Shown: positions 11,936 through 28,244, counted from the stretch's first letter. The stretch is 64,000 bases of DNA from Eledone cirrhosa (GCA_964016885.1 OZ024741.1:20522001-20586000); one strand, 5' to 3'. The notes: generated by a model not told the origin, from the sequence alone. Numbers and translations: made by a program.

Positions 11936-13276
11936 CAAAAAAAAAAAAAAAAAAAAAATCACTTATTGACACTTATACGTACGACATACACACACGTGCA
12001 TACATATGCGCGCATACATACGCGCGCGCATACATACGCGCGCGCAGCAACACTCATACATACAAACAAACACACACACGCTACTCACTTACACACACAC
12101 ACACACATATATATATATATTACCGTCATTACTGATACACGATTACAAGATTATGTCAACTGTTGACTTTCAAGAGTTTGTATAGTTGAAGCCTATCGTA
12201 TTACAGTCCAGTATTATTATAATTGCTTTACAGCATAGAGTTATGGCTCTCCACGCTCTGAGCTTAAATCCCGCCGAGGTCAACCTTGCCTTTCATCCCC
12301 ACGGAGTCAACAAAAGAGAGTACCAGTAACGCGCTGGGCCAATCGCTGGATCCGTGCCAAAAGCAGAAAAATGATTATTAAAGTTGTTTTCTTAAGGCCC
12401 GGTCGCTGGTGATGGTGGTGGTGGTGGTGGTGGCAGTTGATGTTGTTGTTGTGTTGTGTGTGTGTGTGTGTTTTGTTATTTTGAGTTGTTTTTTTGTTTG
12501 TTGTTTTTATCTTTTGATGCCGCTGTTGCTGTTGTAAATGTTCATTTCAGTTCATTCTGAAGCTGTTGTTGCTGTAAACATTAGTGCCGGTGTTGTTGTT
12601 GTAGATGTTGGGGTTGAAATCTGGTCGTTTGACTGAGTGATGTATTACACATATATACATACATATGAATATAAAGAATGAATAATAACAGGTAGACATC
12701 ATAAAAAGGTAATTTATTCCGTGTGCTTACAAGTGTTTCCACGGTGGTACTGCAGCCTAGTTCCGCTACGTGCAAATTCACAAGTACTTGCAGAACTCGA
12801 ATATCCAATGCTGTGACCACTGTTTCATATAAATATATACACATTCAACAGAGAGTAGAGAGTTTGACAACAGGTCGATGACTTTAGTCTAGATCGGGTA
12901 ATGTCATGTGATGGTGGGGAGAGAGTGTAGACGTTATTGTGGTGGTGGAGGACAGTGACATGTATCTAGTTCATTTGACTGTTTTCTTCTCTTTGCAAAA
13001 TTTGAATTTTAGCCATGTTATATTGAGATGTAAGTAAATGTAAAATGTAAAATATAAATAAGGATTGCTCTGCTAAAATATACTAAAATATTTGTGTAAC
13101 TTCCACAAACTTCTGTCGTGACATTCCCGAGTCCAGTGACCAACAAATTGATGTATTTTGATGTTTCAGAATACAAAAATTAATTAAAAACTTACCCCAC
13201 GAAAAGACAGCGTGTGTTGTCCTATCTATAAGCTCCCTCATACATACATACATACATACATACATACATACATACA

Positions 13277-13306
<30 letters not shown>

Positions 13307-13308
<2 letters not shown>

Positions 13309-13497
13309 ATTGTTTCTACTTTTGGCACAAGGCCAGCAATCACCCAGTGCATTACTGGTACTTTATTCTATCGACCCCGGAAGGATGAAAGGCAAAGTTA
13401 ACCTCGGCGGGATTTGAACTCAGATCATACAGGGAGGTAACTCTATGCTTCAAAGCATGGCATCCGACCCTCTACCGATACTGCCAATCCACTGCCT
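13307..13497 (-). mobile_element. tRNA-derived SINE, family A (representative copy)
   Basis: A-box-like TGGCAGTATCGGTAGAG, B box GTTCAAATCC, body GCCTTTCATCCTT..GGGTCGATA(A/G)AATAAAGTACCAG. Other copies near 12230(+), 14925(+), 20514(-), 20700(-), 20897(+), 21967(-), 27820(+), 30998(-), 38490(-), 39557(+), 43121(-), 44575(-), 48149(-), 49178(+), 49345(+), 51737(+), 53412(-), 53507(+). Confidence 0.85.
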
Positions 13498-13509
13498 TTA
13501 TATACATAT

Positions 13510-13867
13510 ATATAATGGTTGCATCTCGGTTTCAAAAATTGCCATCCCTTGACCTTTTTCTCATACAGAAGTGGCACAAACATGACTTTTTAGTCCTGCC
13601 AAGGACTTAGATTCCTCTCTGCATATGCTGCAGCGCACGTGAAAGTCGTTTAGATCAAGTGATGCCTGAATTTGAAGCTGTTTTAAATGAAGAAAGGCTT
13701 TGCACTGAACTAATCCCACTCTCTGAACAACAGTGACAGATATCCACAAAGAAGGACTGGTCAACGTACTTGGCTGCCATCGAGTCGTTTATTTTACATC
13801 AGAGTTTTCCCTCTCCCATAATGATGTTCTAACAAGAACTAGGGGTCTCACAATCCCGGGTTAACCG
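13510..13867 (-). mobile_element. Second, older bipartite RTE derivative
   Basis: RTE 5'-region homology (13685-13867) fused to a last zinc finger (CSICREESKSLAGLKSH) and an RTE-like 3' end. Confidence 0.6.
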
Positions 13868-13884
13868 ACATATATACATATAAA

Positions 13885-15237
13885 ATTATGGTCATCAGAA
13901 TTCTCTGTGTACATCAAGTACATTGCTTATTTCATTGTTGTGCTCATCCTAACGCCATTTGGTCCGCTGATCTGGTCATTGCAAGAACTGTGCGAGACAG
14001 ATATAAGGACTTGCAAACTGTTCGGTGTTACTGGAAACTTTAACATCAAAGGTGATGCAAGGTGGGTAGGTGGCTGGGGCGCAAAATCCAGAGTAACATC
14101 ATACGAGACCCTGATAATAAAAATGAAGCAACATCCTCAACAGAAGAAAGAGATCAGCAGCAATCTTACTCAAGTTTATGAGCGTGAAAATAATAATAGC
14201 CACTAATCTACAAGGGAGAAATGAAATAAAAGGTGATACAAATATCTCTCTAGGGAACGTTGGAAGACTCTACTCAATGATCGTACAAAATAAAACAAAT
14301 GGGCCAAATTCACTGAGCAGATTACACACGAATGCTTGAGACGAAAGACACAGACCATTGAGGGGATAAACCATACTAAACGCCTGGTATGGAGTTCATA
14401 CAATTTCATAACATCACACCTTGAAGGATATCTCCACGAAATACAGGAACATAAGATCCTCACCAAGTATCTACTGCACAAAAGAGGAAGGTCATCAATT
14501 GACAATAAATGTTGGCTGTGTAAAACAAAGATTGAAGATGTTAGCCACATTATTGTCAACTGAAAGAATGTCTTCTCGTTACTACCTTCCCATGAGGCAT
14601 GATGTGACAGCTAGGAGAATCTGGAATGCATTACGGAAGACTAAAAGCAAATCAAATAGGAAGGAATATGCTGAGACTGACTGCTCAAAAGGAATATGTT
14701 GAAACCTAAAGATAAAAACAGCCACCAAATTAAAGCCCAACCGGTCTGATATTGTTGTTTGGGACCACACATTAAAAACATGCTCAATTGTGGAAATCAC
14801 CCACTTGATGTCAATGTGGTAAGAAAAATGCAACATAAGGAGGATACCTATGGTCCATTGATGAGGAGTTCGCAGATCTCCTCATCAATGTTCAGCTTCA
14901 TACCCATTATTATTGGAACTACAGTAATAAAGTACCAGTAATGCACTGGGTAATTGCTGGCCTTGTGTCAAAGGTAGAAACAATTATTGGAACTACAGGT
15001 TATATACAAGCCTGCTTGGATCAAAGTATAACTGAACTTATATTTGTGGAGAAAGAACGTAACTCCTTAATTCATAAACTGCAAATGACCGCGATGTCTG
15101 GAACCTTGAAACATTCTTAAAATTCAAAAAATGAGCGTTTATATAAGACACAACGATAATTTCCTTTTTTTTACAACCCCTGCCACCAGGAAGGCGCCGG
15201 TCAAAAATAAACTCAAAATTAAGAGAAAGAGAGAACA
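13885..15237 (+). mobile_element. R4/Dong-type LINE, 5'-truncated and decayed, with a SINE fragment inside
   Basis: RRKTQTIEGINH, CWLCKTKIEDVSHI, MSSRYYLPMRH; colinear with 32264-33550; same 3' end. Confidence 0.85.
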
Positions 15238-15239
15238 TA

Positions 15240-15445
15240 ACTGGCACTCCATCGGTTACGACGATGATTATTCCTGTTGATCCGCTCAACAAAACAGCTT
15301 GCTTGTAAAATTAACGCGTAAGTGGCTGAGAATTCCATAGCCATGCGTATCTTCAACTTAGTTCTCAGGGAGATTCAGCGTGACACCTAACGTGACAAGG
15401 CTGGCCCTTCGAATTACAGGTACAATTCATTTTTGCCAGCTGAAT
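15240..15445 (-). mobile_element. Probable SINE 3' portion
   Basis: Non-coding repeat-like segment between two LINE relics; family assignment from recall only. Confidence 0.4.
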
Positions 15446-15469
15446 TCTCAATACTGGCGCTACCCGCTT

Positions 15470-17222
15470 TCTCAAGTACCTCAGCATCAGGTGTGTAAGA
15501 GGACTACTTGATGTTCAGGATACGTCGTATACAATGCTGATGAAATCTTTCTAACTGCCTGATATGATGGATGTAACTTGTCCGCGTTTTACATCCGTAT
15601 AGCAGGGCTGTAAGGACACAGACTTCATACACAGAGAGCTTTGTGTTTTTTGTGATACTCCGATTTGACCAGACTCGCTTCTCAAGTTTACCAAAGGAAA
15701 GACTTGCTTTCGCAATCCAGTGATCTATTTCTGCATTGAGGGTACCATCTCTACTTAGTGTACTTCCGAGATACACAAAGCTGTCCACCACCTCAAGTCT
15801 TTTTCCTCTCACGAAAATGTCTGGCTCCACATACATTTTCCAAACTGGTGGAGTGTACATGACCTTTGACTTTTTTAGACTAATATTTAGTCCAAACACA
15901 GTACATGCATTAGGAAAAGTGTCCAATATCAATTGCATGTCCTCTACTGTATGAGCCACAAAATCTGCATCATCAGCATACAGGAACTCCCTAACAAGAG
16001 TACCAAATGTTTTGAACTTGGTGTTAAACCGTCTTAGATTAAATACATTGCCAGAGGTTCTAATTCGTAAGTATACACAGATTTCGAAGTCTTGGAAGAC
16101 ATATGTCAACAGTACGGCAAAGTAGATGGAGAACAGAGTGGGTACAGATATGTCGCCTTGTTTAACAGTTTTCCACTGAAATTGACTCTGAAAACGTCCC
16201 ATTCAAGTTCACTTTTGCTTTCATATTTTGATGGAGTTTTCTGAATATTACAACAAATTCATGAGGGCATCCAAGTTTCCCCAATAATACCCACAATGCA
16301 CTACGATTAATAGTATCAAAGGCTTTGCTAAGGTCCACAAATACTTGGTACAGTGGCACTTTCTGCTCAACACTCTTCTTCATAAGCTGACAGGCTGAGG
16401 AAATCGTGTCCATAGTACCTCGCCCAGCTCTGAATCCACACAGGGTCTCAGGGATGGCACCAGGGCAGATCTATTTTACAAGAGGATTCAGCAAGAACTT
16501 GGATAAGACATTTCCTACCGATTCGAGTAGACTTATACCACGATAATCACTGTATTCTGAATTGGAGCCCTTGCCCTTGTAAATTGAGAGCAAAATTGCA
16601 TCTACCCAGTCTTGCAGGACAGGCTCATCATGCCACTGGTCCATGAATGACCTTAGCAACATTGTCTCCTCCAAAGCAAATCACCTCAACAGGTATTCCA
16701 TCCAAACCTGGAACTTTCCCTATGTTTAACTCTTTGATAGTAGACCATACCTCGTTAAAGGTTGGATCATTCATCATCTCTGTTACAGTCTTCCTTTGTA
16801 GCAGTCCATTAATAATATCCTCATCAACTACACATGGTTTGTCAAACAGATCTTTAAAGTGTTCAGTCCACTGACTCATAATACCTGCTGGATCTTTGAT
16901 GAGGAGCTTCCCATCCTTTGACTTCAATGGTGCCATTTTTTAGGGTTGTGGACCAAACACTTCCTTTATTGTGCTGTATAGTGCTTTCAGGTCTCTATAG
17001 TTATAAGCCCTCTGCATCTCTTCTAAAACTTCAGACCACCAGTTGTTCTTCACCTTTCGTGTTTTACTTTGCAATTTTGATGTTGCTTCTTTAAAGGTTT
17101 TCTCAAAAGTGGTCTTCACTGGACCCTCTGCAACAAAGCACTTCTCATACAGATTGTTCTTTTCTTCAATGAGTATGGTGATTGCAGCATCATTGTCATC
17201 GAACCAGTGTCTGTGTTTTGTC
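15470..17222 (-). mobile_element. Older RTE LINE fragment (RT region)
   Basis: HWFDDND, YRGISLL, FVDLSKAFDTINR, VKQGD, FLYADD, FVYLGS, QLERFHQ across frameshifted ORFs. Confidence 0.9.
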
Positions 17223-17224
17223 TT

Positions 17225-17390
17225 CATACATACATACATACATACATACATACATACATACATACATACATACATACATACATACATACATACATACATA
17301 CATGATGGCTGCCCCCTCGTTATCAAGTATGGCCATTGCACAAAAAAACATAACGACAATAATAATAATAACAATAATAATAATAATAAT
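17225..17390 (-). mobile_element. RTE 3' end with (ATGT)n tail and AAT-rich 3' UTR
   Basis: ATGATGGCTGCCCCCTCGTTATCAAGTATGGCCATTGCAC is nearly identical to 1687-1727. Confidence 0.8.
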
Positions 17391-20300
17391 GATTTCATTT
17401 ATTGGCCACAAGGGCCGACATATAGGGGACAATACAAAAGACTGGGACAGTGGGGTTTTACAGAAAAATCGAGTAAACAATATGAATAACAATAACAAAG
17501 TAACAATAAAATTACAACAAGAAAAAATTCCCCAATGGGGGGGGGATGACCACCTAGGGTTCGCTCAGGTACCCCACCAGTCCTGAACGACCCGACGCTT
17601 CGAGAGCACCCTGGAAGGGCACCCCTCTCCTCCTCAAATTTACCTACCTACAGCCGCATGACCAGAGTAGGCCCACTCACACGGGCGATTCTCGCCACAT
17701 TCACCCACCTTTCCGCAAATGTACTGGGGGGGGGGGGGGGAAGCACTTCTCTCTCCACCCTCACCTTCCTTTCCAAGTGAAACTTGAAAAAGTTGATGAG
17801 GGATTGGCCGAAGAGAAAAGTGTCTATCTTCAGTCCTTTCAACCTCGTCCACCATACAACCTCTTTCGCTACTGCCACCAGACAGAGGGAAATTGTCTGC
17901 CCTTCCTGGCCAAAAGAAGGCGGCGGGTCGATCTTCACTATGGACTCGGCTGATAGCCGGATCCGTTCTACACGCGACAACAGCTGTTCAACAAAACTCC
18001 ACAAGTCAGTAATGCACGGACACTGGACGAGTGCGTGCAGAACGGTTTCGTCGCTCTGCGCGCATCTCGGGCAGGTCCGTCTGACAGCACTTCCGTGCCT
18101 GTAGAGTTTATCCCGAACCGGCAGTGCCTCCCGGTAGCACTGACAAGCGAGGGATTTTTGGAAATTATCCATCGTCCCCGGCTCGAAAGTCCTCCGGTAC
18201 AGACTGGTTAGTTCGACTTCGTTGACTCCCAGAGCCTCTCCGAGTGCGTCGTCGCACTTTCCCACCACTAATCCTCTATAGAACTCGAGAGTGGAAGTTC
18301 TACTGATCGCATTGCCCGCCTGGTAGAGGGCAGTGAGTGCCTGGCAACATTCCAGATGCCAGTCACCCAGTCTCGGTCTCTTCTTGACCCAGGACTGCAG
18401 CTCAGTCAAAGAAACGAGCTGCGGAAAGGCCCGTCTGACAAACGGCGACCACACCTGTTCACCGTTGAGGCAGAATATCTGGAGGCGCCGCAGCCTCAGC
18501 GCGTGCCTGCGCATCATTAGCCACGGCATGCCCAGCCCTCCACGTAGAGGGTGCTGGCAGCAGATGAACCGCCTCACCAGCGGAACCTGACCCCTTCACA
18601 AGAATTTGAAGAGGAGCCGCTCCAAGATGGCGAGGCGCGAACGGGGGCAAAGGACGACGGTCAGACGGTAGGAGATGACGGACGCGACCGACCTTTCAGT
18701 GATAGCTTCATCCCAGCCCATTTCTGGGTGAGACTTGCTACCCTGCCCGTCACCTCGTCCCAATTCTTATCCACCTGGAGGTCTGGCCCGAACCAAACCC
18801 CTAGCAACTTTACCGGTCCGTCCGTCCAGCGCCTAACGACGCTGTTGGACGGCATGGACTTGCCTCTTCAGGTGCCGAGTTGCAAGCCCACCGACTTTTC
18901 CGGGTTAAGTTTTGCTCCCGTCAACCTTTCATATTCCTCCAATAAGTTGCCGACCACCTCGATTTTTGAGGTGTCCGACACCATCACGGTGATGTCGTCC
19001 GCATAAGCCGACACAGCCTTTCCACGTCCCGGTTCGAGCGGGATGCCCTGCAACAGCTCCAGCTTCCGCAGTAAAGGCTCGAGAGTCAATATGTACAGAA
19101 GGGAGGAGAGAGGGCACTCTTGACGGACCGATCGGGAGACCTGAAACGGTTCCGAGAGGTGGCCATTAATTTTGACCATCGAGCAGGTGCCGCTGTGCAT
19201 TGCAGCGAACCAGCTTCTGAAGACGGGGCCGAAGCCAGCCGCCTTGAGGACAGCCTCCAGGTACCAATGGTCGACCTTATCGAATGCTTTCGATTGATCT
19301 AAATTGATCAGAGCCCCACCGAAGCCAGGTTTACACCCTACCCTCTCTATGATGTATCGCATTAGGTGGAGGTTGTCGTGTATGGACCTGGTTGGGATTG
19401 CGCAAGTTTGCGCCTCCTCAACGAAATCCCCGATGACAAGCGCCAACCTCTTCGCTAACACCCTGGCCAAAATCTTAAACTCTATGTTGAGCAGAGTTAT
19501 GGGCCTGAAATTGTCTAATGTGTCCCTCTTGTTCTCGTCTTTCCTTATCAGCGTCACTACGCCCCGGCTCACAGAACTGGGAATACTCCCGTTTTGCTGC
19601 CAGTTGCAGTAGAGGGCTTCGAGGAGATTGGAGAACAAGTCTGGCATATTTACGTAGGGCAGACCATCCAAACCGAGTGACTTGCGCCTCATGCAGCCGA
19701 CAAGGGCATCCTGAATCTCAGCTGAAGTAATTGGCCTTTCGCAGCGCCCAGCGTCAGCCGTCGAGAGTTGCGGCAAGCCATCGAGGTAGGGACTGAAGTC
19801 CGCCACCATCTCTAACCCGCCACTTCCCCCGAACAACCGAGCAAAATGTTGGCGAAAGACCTCACACATCCTCTTGGAATCGCTCAGCTCGTGCCCGTCT
19901 CTGTCCGTCAAAGACCGAATCGTGGTTTTATTACCACGCTGCGCCTCCGCCACGCGGGCCCATCGAACATCTTTGGTTCCCTCGTTTCTCAGAGCACGCG
20001 CCTTAGCTCTGACAATGCAACCTTCGTGTTTCGCATTGAAGAAATGGTCTAATGCCGTTCTCGCCGCTAGCACGTCAGTCTAACTTATCTACCAACTCCC
20101 CCTCCTTCCTATTTTTCCCTAACGCTACTTCTTTGCTAAACTCTATCGACATTACTCTAATCTCTCTTTTGAGAGCCCCCCCCCCCCCATCTATTGTTGA
20201 CGACTCCCCCTGTCAACTTTTTCTTAACTAAATTGTTGACCTGGTCCCTGTAAGCCTTACGTGCCGGAAATGATATGTTTAGCTTCCAGTAACCAGGTCC

Positions 20301-20455
20301 TAACCTACGCGTCTTATCTAGGTCGACCATACAGATCACAAACTTGTGATCTGAATAGGCGACCGTTTCAAAACGTGGACAGCTTACACTATTTCTGTCT
20401 ATTTTCCTAATGAATATCCTGTCTATATACGATCTAGATGACCCTATGCGCTCAC
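17391..20455 (-). mobile_element. L1/Tx1-type LINE copy 2, 5'-truncated, frameshifted ORF2
   Basis: ORFs 20157-20561, 18868-20073, 18661-18855, 17648-18577 align with copy 1 ORF2 (YSDHK, AYADD, CPRCAQSDETVLH). Confidence 0.92.
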
Positions 20456-21089
20456 CTTCATTTCCTTCATTTCCAAGCGAAACTTTTCCAAGTTTTACTT
20501 TGAAAAGAAAGAAATAATTGTTTCTACTTTTTGGCACAAGGCCAGCAATTACCCAGTACATTACGGGTACTTTATTTTATCGACCCCGTAAGGGTGAAAG
20601 GCAAAGTTAACCTCGGCGAGATTTGAACTCAGAATGGCAAGGGCCGTAACTCTATGTGTGTAAGCATGGCGTCCGACCCTCTACCGATACTGCCAAAGAA
20701 ATAATTGTTTCTACTTTAGTGTATTACTGGTACTTTATTTTATCGACCCCGTAAGGATGAAAGGCAAAGTTAACCTCGGCGGGATTTGAACTCAGAATGG
20801 CAAGGGCTGTAACTCTATGCGTCAAAGCATGGCGTCCCACCCTCTACCTCTCTCGCCGCCGTCCTTCGGGGCAATGTCTTCTCCAGAGGTCGGACATTGG
20901 CAGTATTGGTAGAGGGTCGGACGCCATGCTTTGACGCATAGAGTTACGGCCCTTGCCATTCTGAGTTCAAATCCCGCCGAGGTTAACTTTGCCTTTCATC
21001 CTTACAGGGTCGATAAAATAAAGTACCAGTAATGCACTGGGGTAATGCTGGCCTTGTGCCAAATGTAGAAACAATTATTATATTCATTC

Positions 21090-21162
<73 letters not shown>

Positions 21163-21306
21163 GGAAATTGTGCCGAGGTCAACTTTTCATCCTTTCAAGT
21201 AAATAAATAATTACTAATCTAGTTCTGGAATCGACATCCCCCTTCACCTCTCTCTAGCTACCTATCTCTTTCACTCACCCCTCCCTCTCTTTCTCAGGTT
21301 AACACG

Positions 21307-21392
<86 letters not shown>

Positions 21393-21553
21393 AACTAAGA
21401 AAGGTGAGGTAGACGCATAATAATTAAAAATATAAATCAGAATGAATTTAGCCACCTTTATAACTATATATCGCACACGTACAAAGTCAAAGAGATTTGT
21501 TTGATCAAAGGATTAGTGTATCGAATGGAACAGCTAGGTCCATACATACATTC

Positions 21554-21592
<39 letters not shown>

Positions 21593-21631
21593 TACATATA
21601 TATAAATATATATACATTTATATATATACAT

Positions 21632-21680
<49 letters not shown>

Positions 21681-22384
21681 AATATAAACTAGCGAGAATC
21701 GTATTTCGGCTTTGGAATTAGCGAAAAACAACTTTCAAGATGTGTGGCAAGCGCTCAATAATTCTGACGAACCAGAGCTACAACATACGTTAAAGGCCAA
21801 ACACACTGAGACGATGGTTAAACCGTCATCCGCACAACCATAGAAACGGGTCAAACAAATAAAAAAATATGTGATTGAAAAAATTTACCCGGACCCCTGG
21901 ATGGTTGGTAAAATCAACCATTTGGGTTTCTGCGACTCCTAAATCAAGTACTGTCCGCTTAGACAGATAATTGTTTCTACTTTTGGCACAAGGCCAGCAA
22001 TTATCCCAGTGCATTACTGGTACTTTATTTTATCGACCCCGTAAGGATGAAAGGCAAAGTTAACCTCGGCAGGATTTGAACTCAGATCATAAAGGGAGGT
22101 AACTCCATGCTTCAAAGCATGGCGCCCGACCCTCTACCGATACTGCAAATCCACCGCTTAGACAAATAATGTTAGGCTTCTGGTAAGATGATTGAACAAG
22201 GAAGTCACTTTCTCAACAGGTTTTAGTTCAAGTGCCAGGCAAAGGAATGACCGTTACCGATACCCACGTGGGGCTCGACAAGGGAGGCAACCCTTATTTT
22301 TGGCGGATGAAATTCAGTATGAGTATATTATTGCAAAAATGCAAAATATCACAAATACATATATATATGTATATACATATATTT

Positions 22385-22445
<61 letters not shown>

Positions 22446-22477
22446 TATATATACATATATATATATATGTATATATG

Positions 22478-22572
<95 letters not shown>

Positions 22573-22733
22573 AAGCAGAAAATTGCTTATTGTGATCCAG
22601 TTTGAGGTTAAGAAAACCAGTTTCATGGATGGTTTCAACGTACGGAGTATAGCAATATAAGGTTGCACTTACCAATGAAACGGTCGTAAATACCTGGATA
22701 AAATCCTTCTCGTAATGCTTACCTGTGTTTTCT

Positions 22734-22893
<160 letters not shown>

Positions 22894-23871
22894 TCTCCAA
22901 AACTCCTATTCCACTCCGCTCTTATAAAATGTTGTTAACTTATCTCTGGCAAAATTTTATTTTAAGTGGTAGCATTCCTGCGACAATTAATTTTCTTTAG
23001 ACATAAAAAACATTATACATGACCAAAAAAGTACATTACTAGAAATCCCATACGTATTAAAATAAATAGGGTTGGGGTCTCAATATGTAAACTAAACGAC
23101 TAATTTTGGTCTTTAAAAATATCCACGGAGACAACCTAGAAAAATTACCGATTTTCCAACAGCTCCTCCCCGCTTAATCCAACTCTCCTCCCTGTTATTT
23201 GGGATCCGAGAGTATATAAGGCTGTTATTGCTCCAATCTGACTACAAACATTCAGTAAACACCCTAAACCGAACACCATCCTGTACCCATGACTTCTGTC
23301 AAACCAACTCATACTCACCCTCCAAATTCATCAGATCAAACGTGAACCACCCATCCTCGATGTAACCGGACCACAACAGCCACCAAATGGGGAGACAGGC
23401 GTTATCAAGCTGCAGCTGTCATATTACCTAGTTTCTATATAATAAAACCAAAGTTATTATCTGCAGTGACTATGACCCCATTATATAATAGGCTGTGCTC
23501 CACTTTCGCCCGGTGTTTCTCCACTTTAAAACCTCAAACTATCCACCTTGATGACGTGACACCTCGCATCGGGAAGTCCAGTTCGTACATATATATATAT
23601 TCAGTGGGAAATCCGTTTATTCCACATTTTTTCCGTGTGCTATCGATTAAACTTACCTCCTAATATGATGCAAAGGACATTTTTGTCTGGAAAAGGGGAA
23701 AAGGGACTCTCGAACTTTTCATCCTCCCCCTCCTTAGTTACTTTAACATTTCTTTTTCCATCGTTTTTTTATTATTTTTGTGCTGCTAACTAATCTTACA
23801 CCCCCCCCCCCCCAACAAGGAGAGTGAAGTGGGAGAAAACCATCACAGCCTTATCCCTACTCTGGCTTTAG

Positions 23872-24030
23872 TGAAGGCACATGGCTTAGTGGTTAGAGCA
23901 TTGGGCTTGCAATCGAAAGGTTGTGAGTTCAATTCTCGGACCGGGTGATGTGTTGTTTCCTTGAGCAAGACACTTTATTTCACATTGCTCCAGTTTACTC
24001 AGCTGTAGAAATGAGATGATAGGGACTGGG
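23872..24030 (+). mobile_element. tRNA-derived SINE, family B (second copy ~42935-43098, -)
   Basis: A box TGGCTTAGTGG, B box GTTCAATTC, then CCTTGAGCAAGACACTTTATTTCAC; near-identical inverted copy at ~43 kb. Confidence 0.8.
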
Positions 24031-24599
24031 GTCTCTATCATTAAATCACCCAAGACACCTCCAACGAGATATACCTTGGAGGAGGCCAGCTAGACCTGCA
24101 TAGGTGTGAGCTGTCACACACACACACACACACTACTCTGGGTTTAGGATTAGAGTTAAGGTTGGGGTGGAGTTAGTATTAGGGGAGTGGGGGGAGTCAG
24201 GTCCGTGTGTACCCCTCCGCCCTCAGTTTTCCCGGTGGAGAGACCTTTGCAGTATGTTCGGGGGTAAGATTACTTGGTAGCACACGATAAATCTGAGGGG
24301 AAAAGAAATGGTAAAGAAAACTGGGAGGAGAGTTGAAAAGTCCGAGGATCCCCCTTTCAGCCCCACCCCACCTTTCACCCGGGTGAGCACTCGATCTTTA
24401 GGTTCACTTCTGTGTCGAAGTGTAGAGCTATACAGAGTGTATTATATTGAAAAGATAACAAGGACGATTGCTTACTCCTTCATTACATTTATTGGTTGGT
24501 GATGCGCGTTTCGCCACTGATCAGCTCAACGTTCGATCTGTATCGATCTTACCCGACTCTGTAATCCGCAGCTCGACGGACCCCTCAAAATGTATATAT

Positions 24600-25246
<647 letters not shown>

Positions 25247-25352
25247 AAATTTCAGGTTATCAATAATGTAGTGATAATATATCGTTACGTTAGAGATGAA
25301 CAGCGTACGTGCAGGTTTGCTCAACGAGTATAAATTATATTCCGGAGAAATG

Positions 25353-26850
<1,498 letters not shown>

Positions 26851-26855
26851 ATATA

Positions 26856-26945
<90 letters not shown>

Positions 26946-26948
26946 ATG

Positions 26949-27037
<89 letters not shown>

Positions 27038-27964
27038 CGTGTATATGTAAATATATATATATGTATTAGCAGAAGTACCCGGCGTTCCCCGGGTTAAAGA
27101 AAATAATTAAATTTTATTTCAAAACTTGAAATATTTTCTTAATATTTATTGTGATTAGTGATTCTAATATTATTGGTATAACAAATTCTGTGAGATCAAC
27201 AACAATAATAAATTTGAAATAGAAAACCTATAAAAGTAAATTATGATAAAAATATAGTAAATCTTAGAACTCTTTTTCGATTTTTGTTGGAAATAATTAT
27301 TTTACCTCAGTTTCTTCGTGAGCTATCAATTAATCTCATCATCACTACTATGCTGCAAATCATTTTTTCCACGAAATATGGATGAACAGATGGCGGGACT
27401 CTCGGACTTTTCCCCCTCCCATGGAGTTTTCTTTTAAAAAAATTAGTTTCCTTTCGTGGGATTCCCTAACTCTAACCTTAAACCTAACTTAAGCTTTCCG
27501 TTTTTTCGAAATGGAGGCATATATTTTTCGGAAAGTAGGCAGCTGCAGTAAAATTTCAACAGCTACATGGTAGAAAAAGCAGCCAAATCTTTCAATTTTC
27601 TGAAAAGGAATTGTTTTTGTGTGATTTGGAAGTCAAATCCGTTTTCACGTAATTTGGAGATCAGATTCATTGCCCTAGCTTTATGAGACTTTCTTCCAAA
27701 TGAAAATGGAAGTTAATGCAGAATGCGTGTGTCATCAGACACATGCACACACACTCTCTCTCTCTCTCTCTCCCCCTCTCTCTCTCTCCCCCCCCCTCTC
27801 TCTCTCTCTCTCTCTCTATCGGTGTCGATAAAATAAAGTACCAGTAATACACTGGGATAATTGCTGGCCTTGTGCCGAAAGTAGAAACAATTATGAAAAT
27901 AAACGCTATCGTTTGTTTTTTTTTTTCGAAAATAATTTGAATTGTACCACATCTTATATATGAC

Positions 27965-28044
27965 TTCCTTCTCATTGCAGGTGACTTCAATGGACATATG
28001 GGACAACTCTGTGGTGGCTTTGATGGGATCCACGGGGGTTACAG
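27965..28044 (+). mobile_element. RTE-type endonuclease fragment cut by the assembly gap
   Basis: LIAGDFNGHMGQLCGGFDGIHGGY (GDFNGHxG motif). Confidence 0.6.
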
Positions 28045-28244
28045 NNNNNNNNNNNNNNNNNNNNNNNNNNNNNNNNNNNNNNNNNNNNNNNNNNNNNNNN
28101 NNNNNNNNNNNNNNNNNNNNNNNNNNNNNNNNNNNNNNNNNNNNNNNNNNNNNNNNNNNNNNNNNNNNNNNNNNNNNNNNNNNNNNNNNNNNNNNNNNNN
28201 NNNNNNNNNNNNNNNNNNNNNNNNNNNNNNNNNNNNNNNNNNNN
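28045..28244. other. Assembly gap (200 N)
   Basis: Run of N. Confidence 1.

Noticed and set aside
20850-20895. GC-rich spacer between SINEs resembling a small structured RNA
   Set aside because: Too short to fold into a known ribozyme; more likely another repeat fragment.
23872-23945. Additional tRNA genes at SINE heads
   Set aside because: A/B boxes present but stems are broken and the sequences continue into multi-copy SINE bodies.
24138-24185. Telomere-like TTAGGG-related repeats (also 27463-27490)
   Set aside because: Short and degenerate; likely internal to dispersed repeats.
27065-27680. Possible Helitron/Helentron-like element starting TAGCAGAAGTACCCGGCGTTCCCCGGG
   Set aside because: Only the 5' motif is suggestive; no second end or second copy found in the window.
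27965-28044. Apparent host exon after TTGCAG
   Set aside because: Encodes the LINE endonuclease motif GDFNGH continuously across the supposed acceptor.
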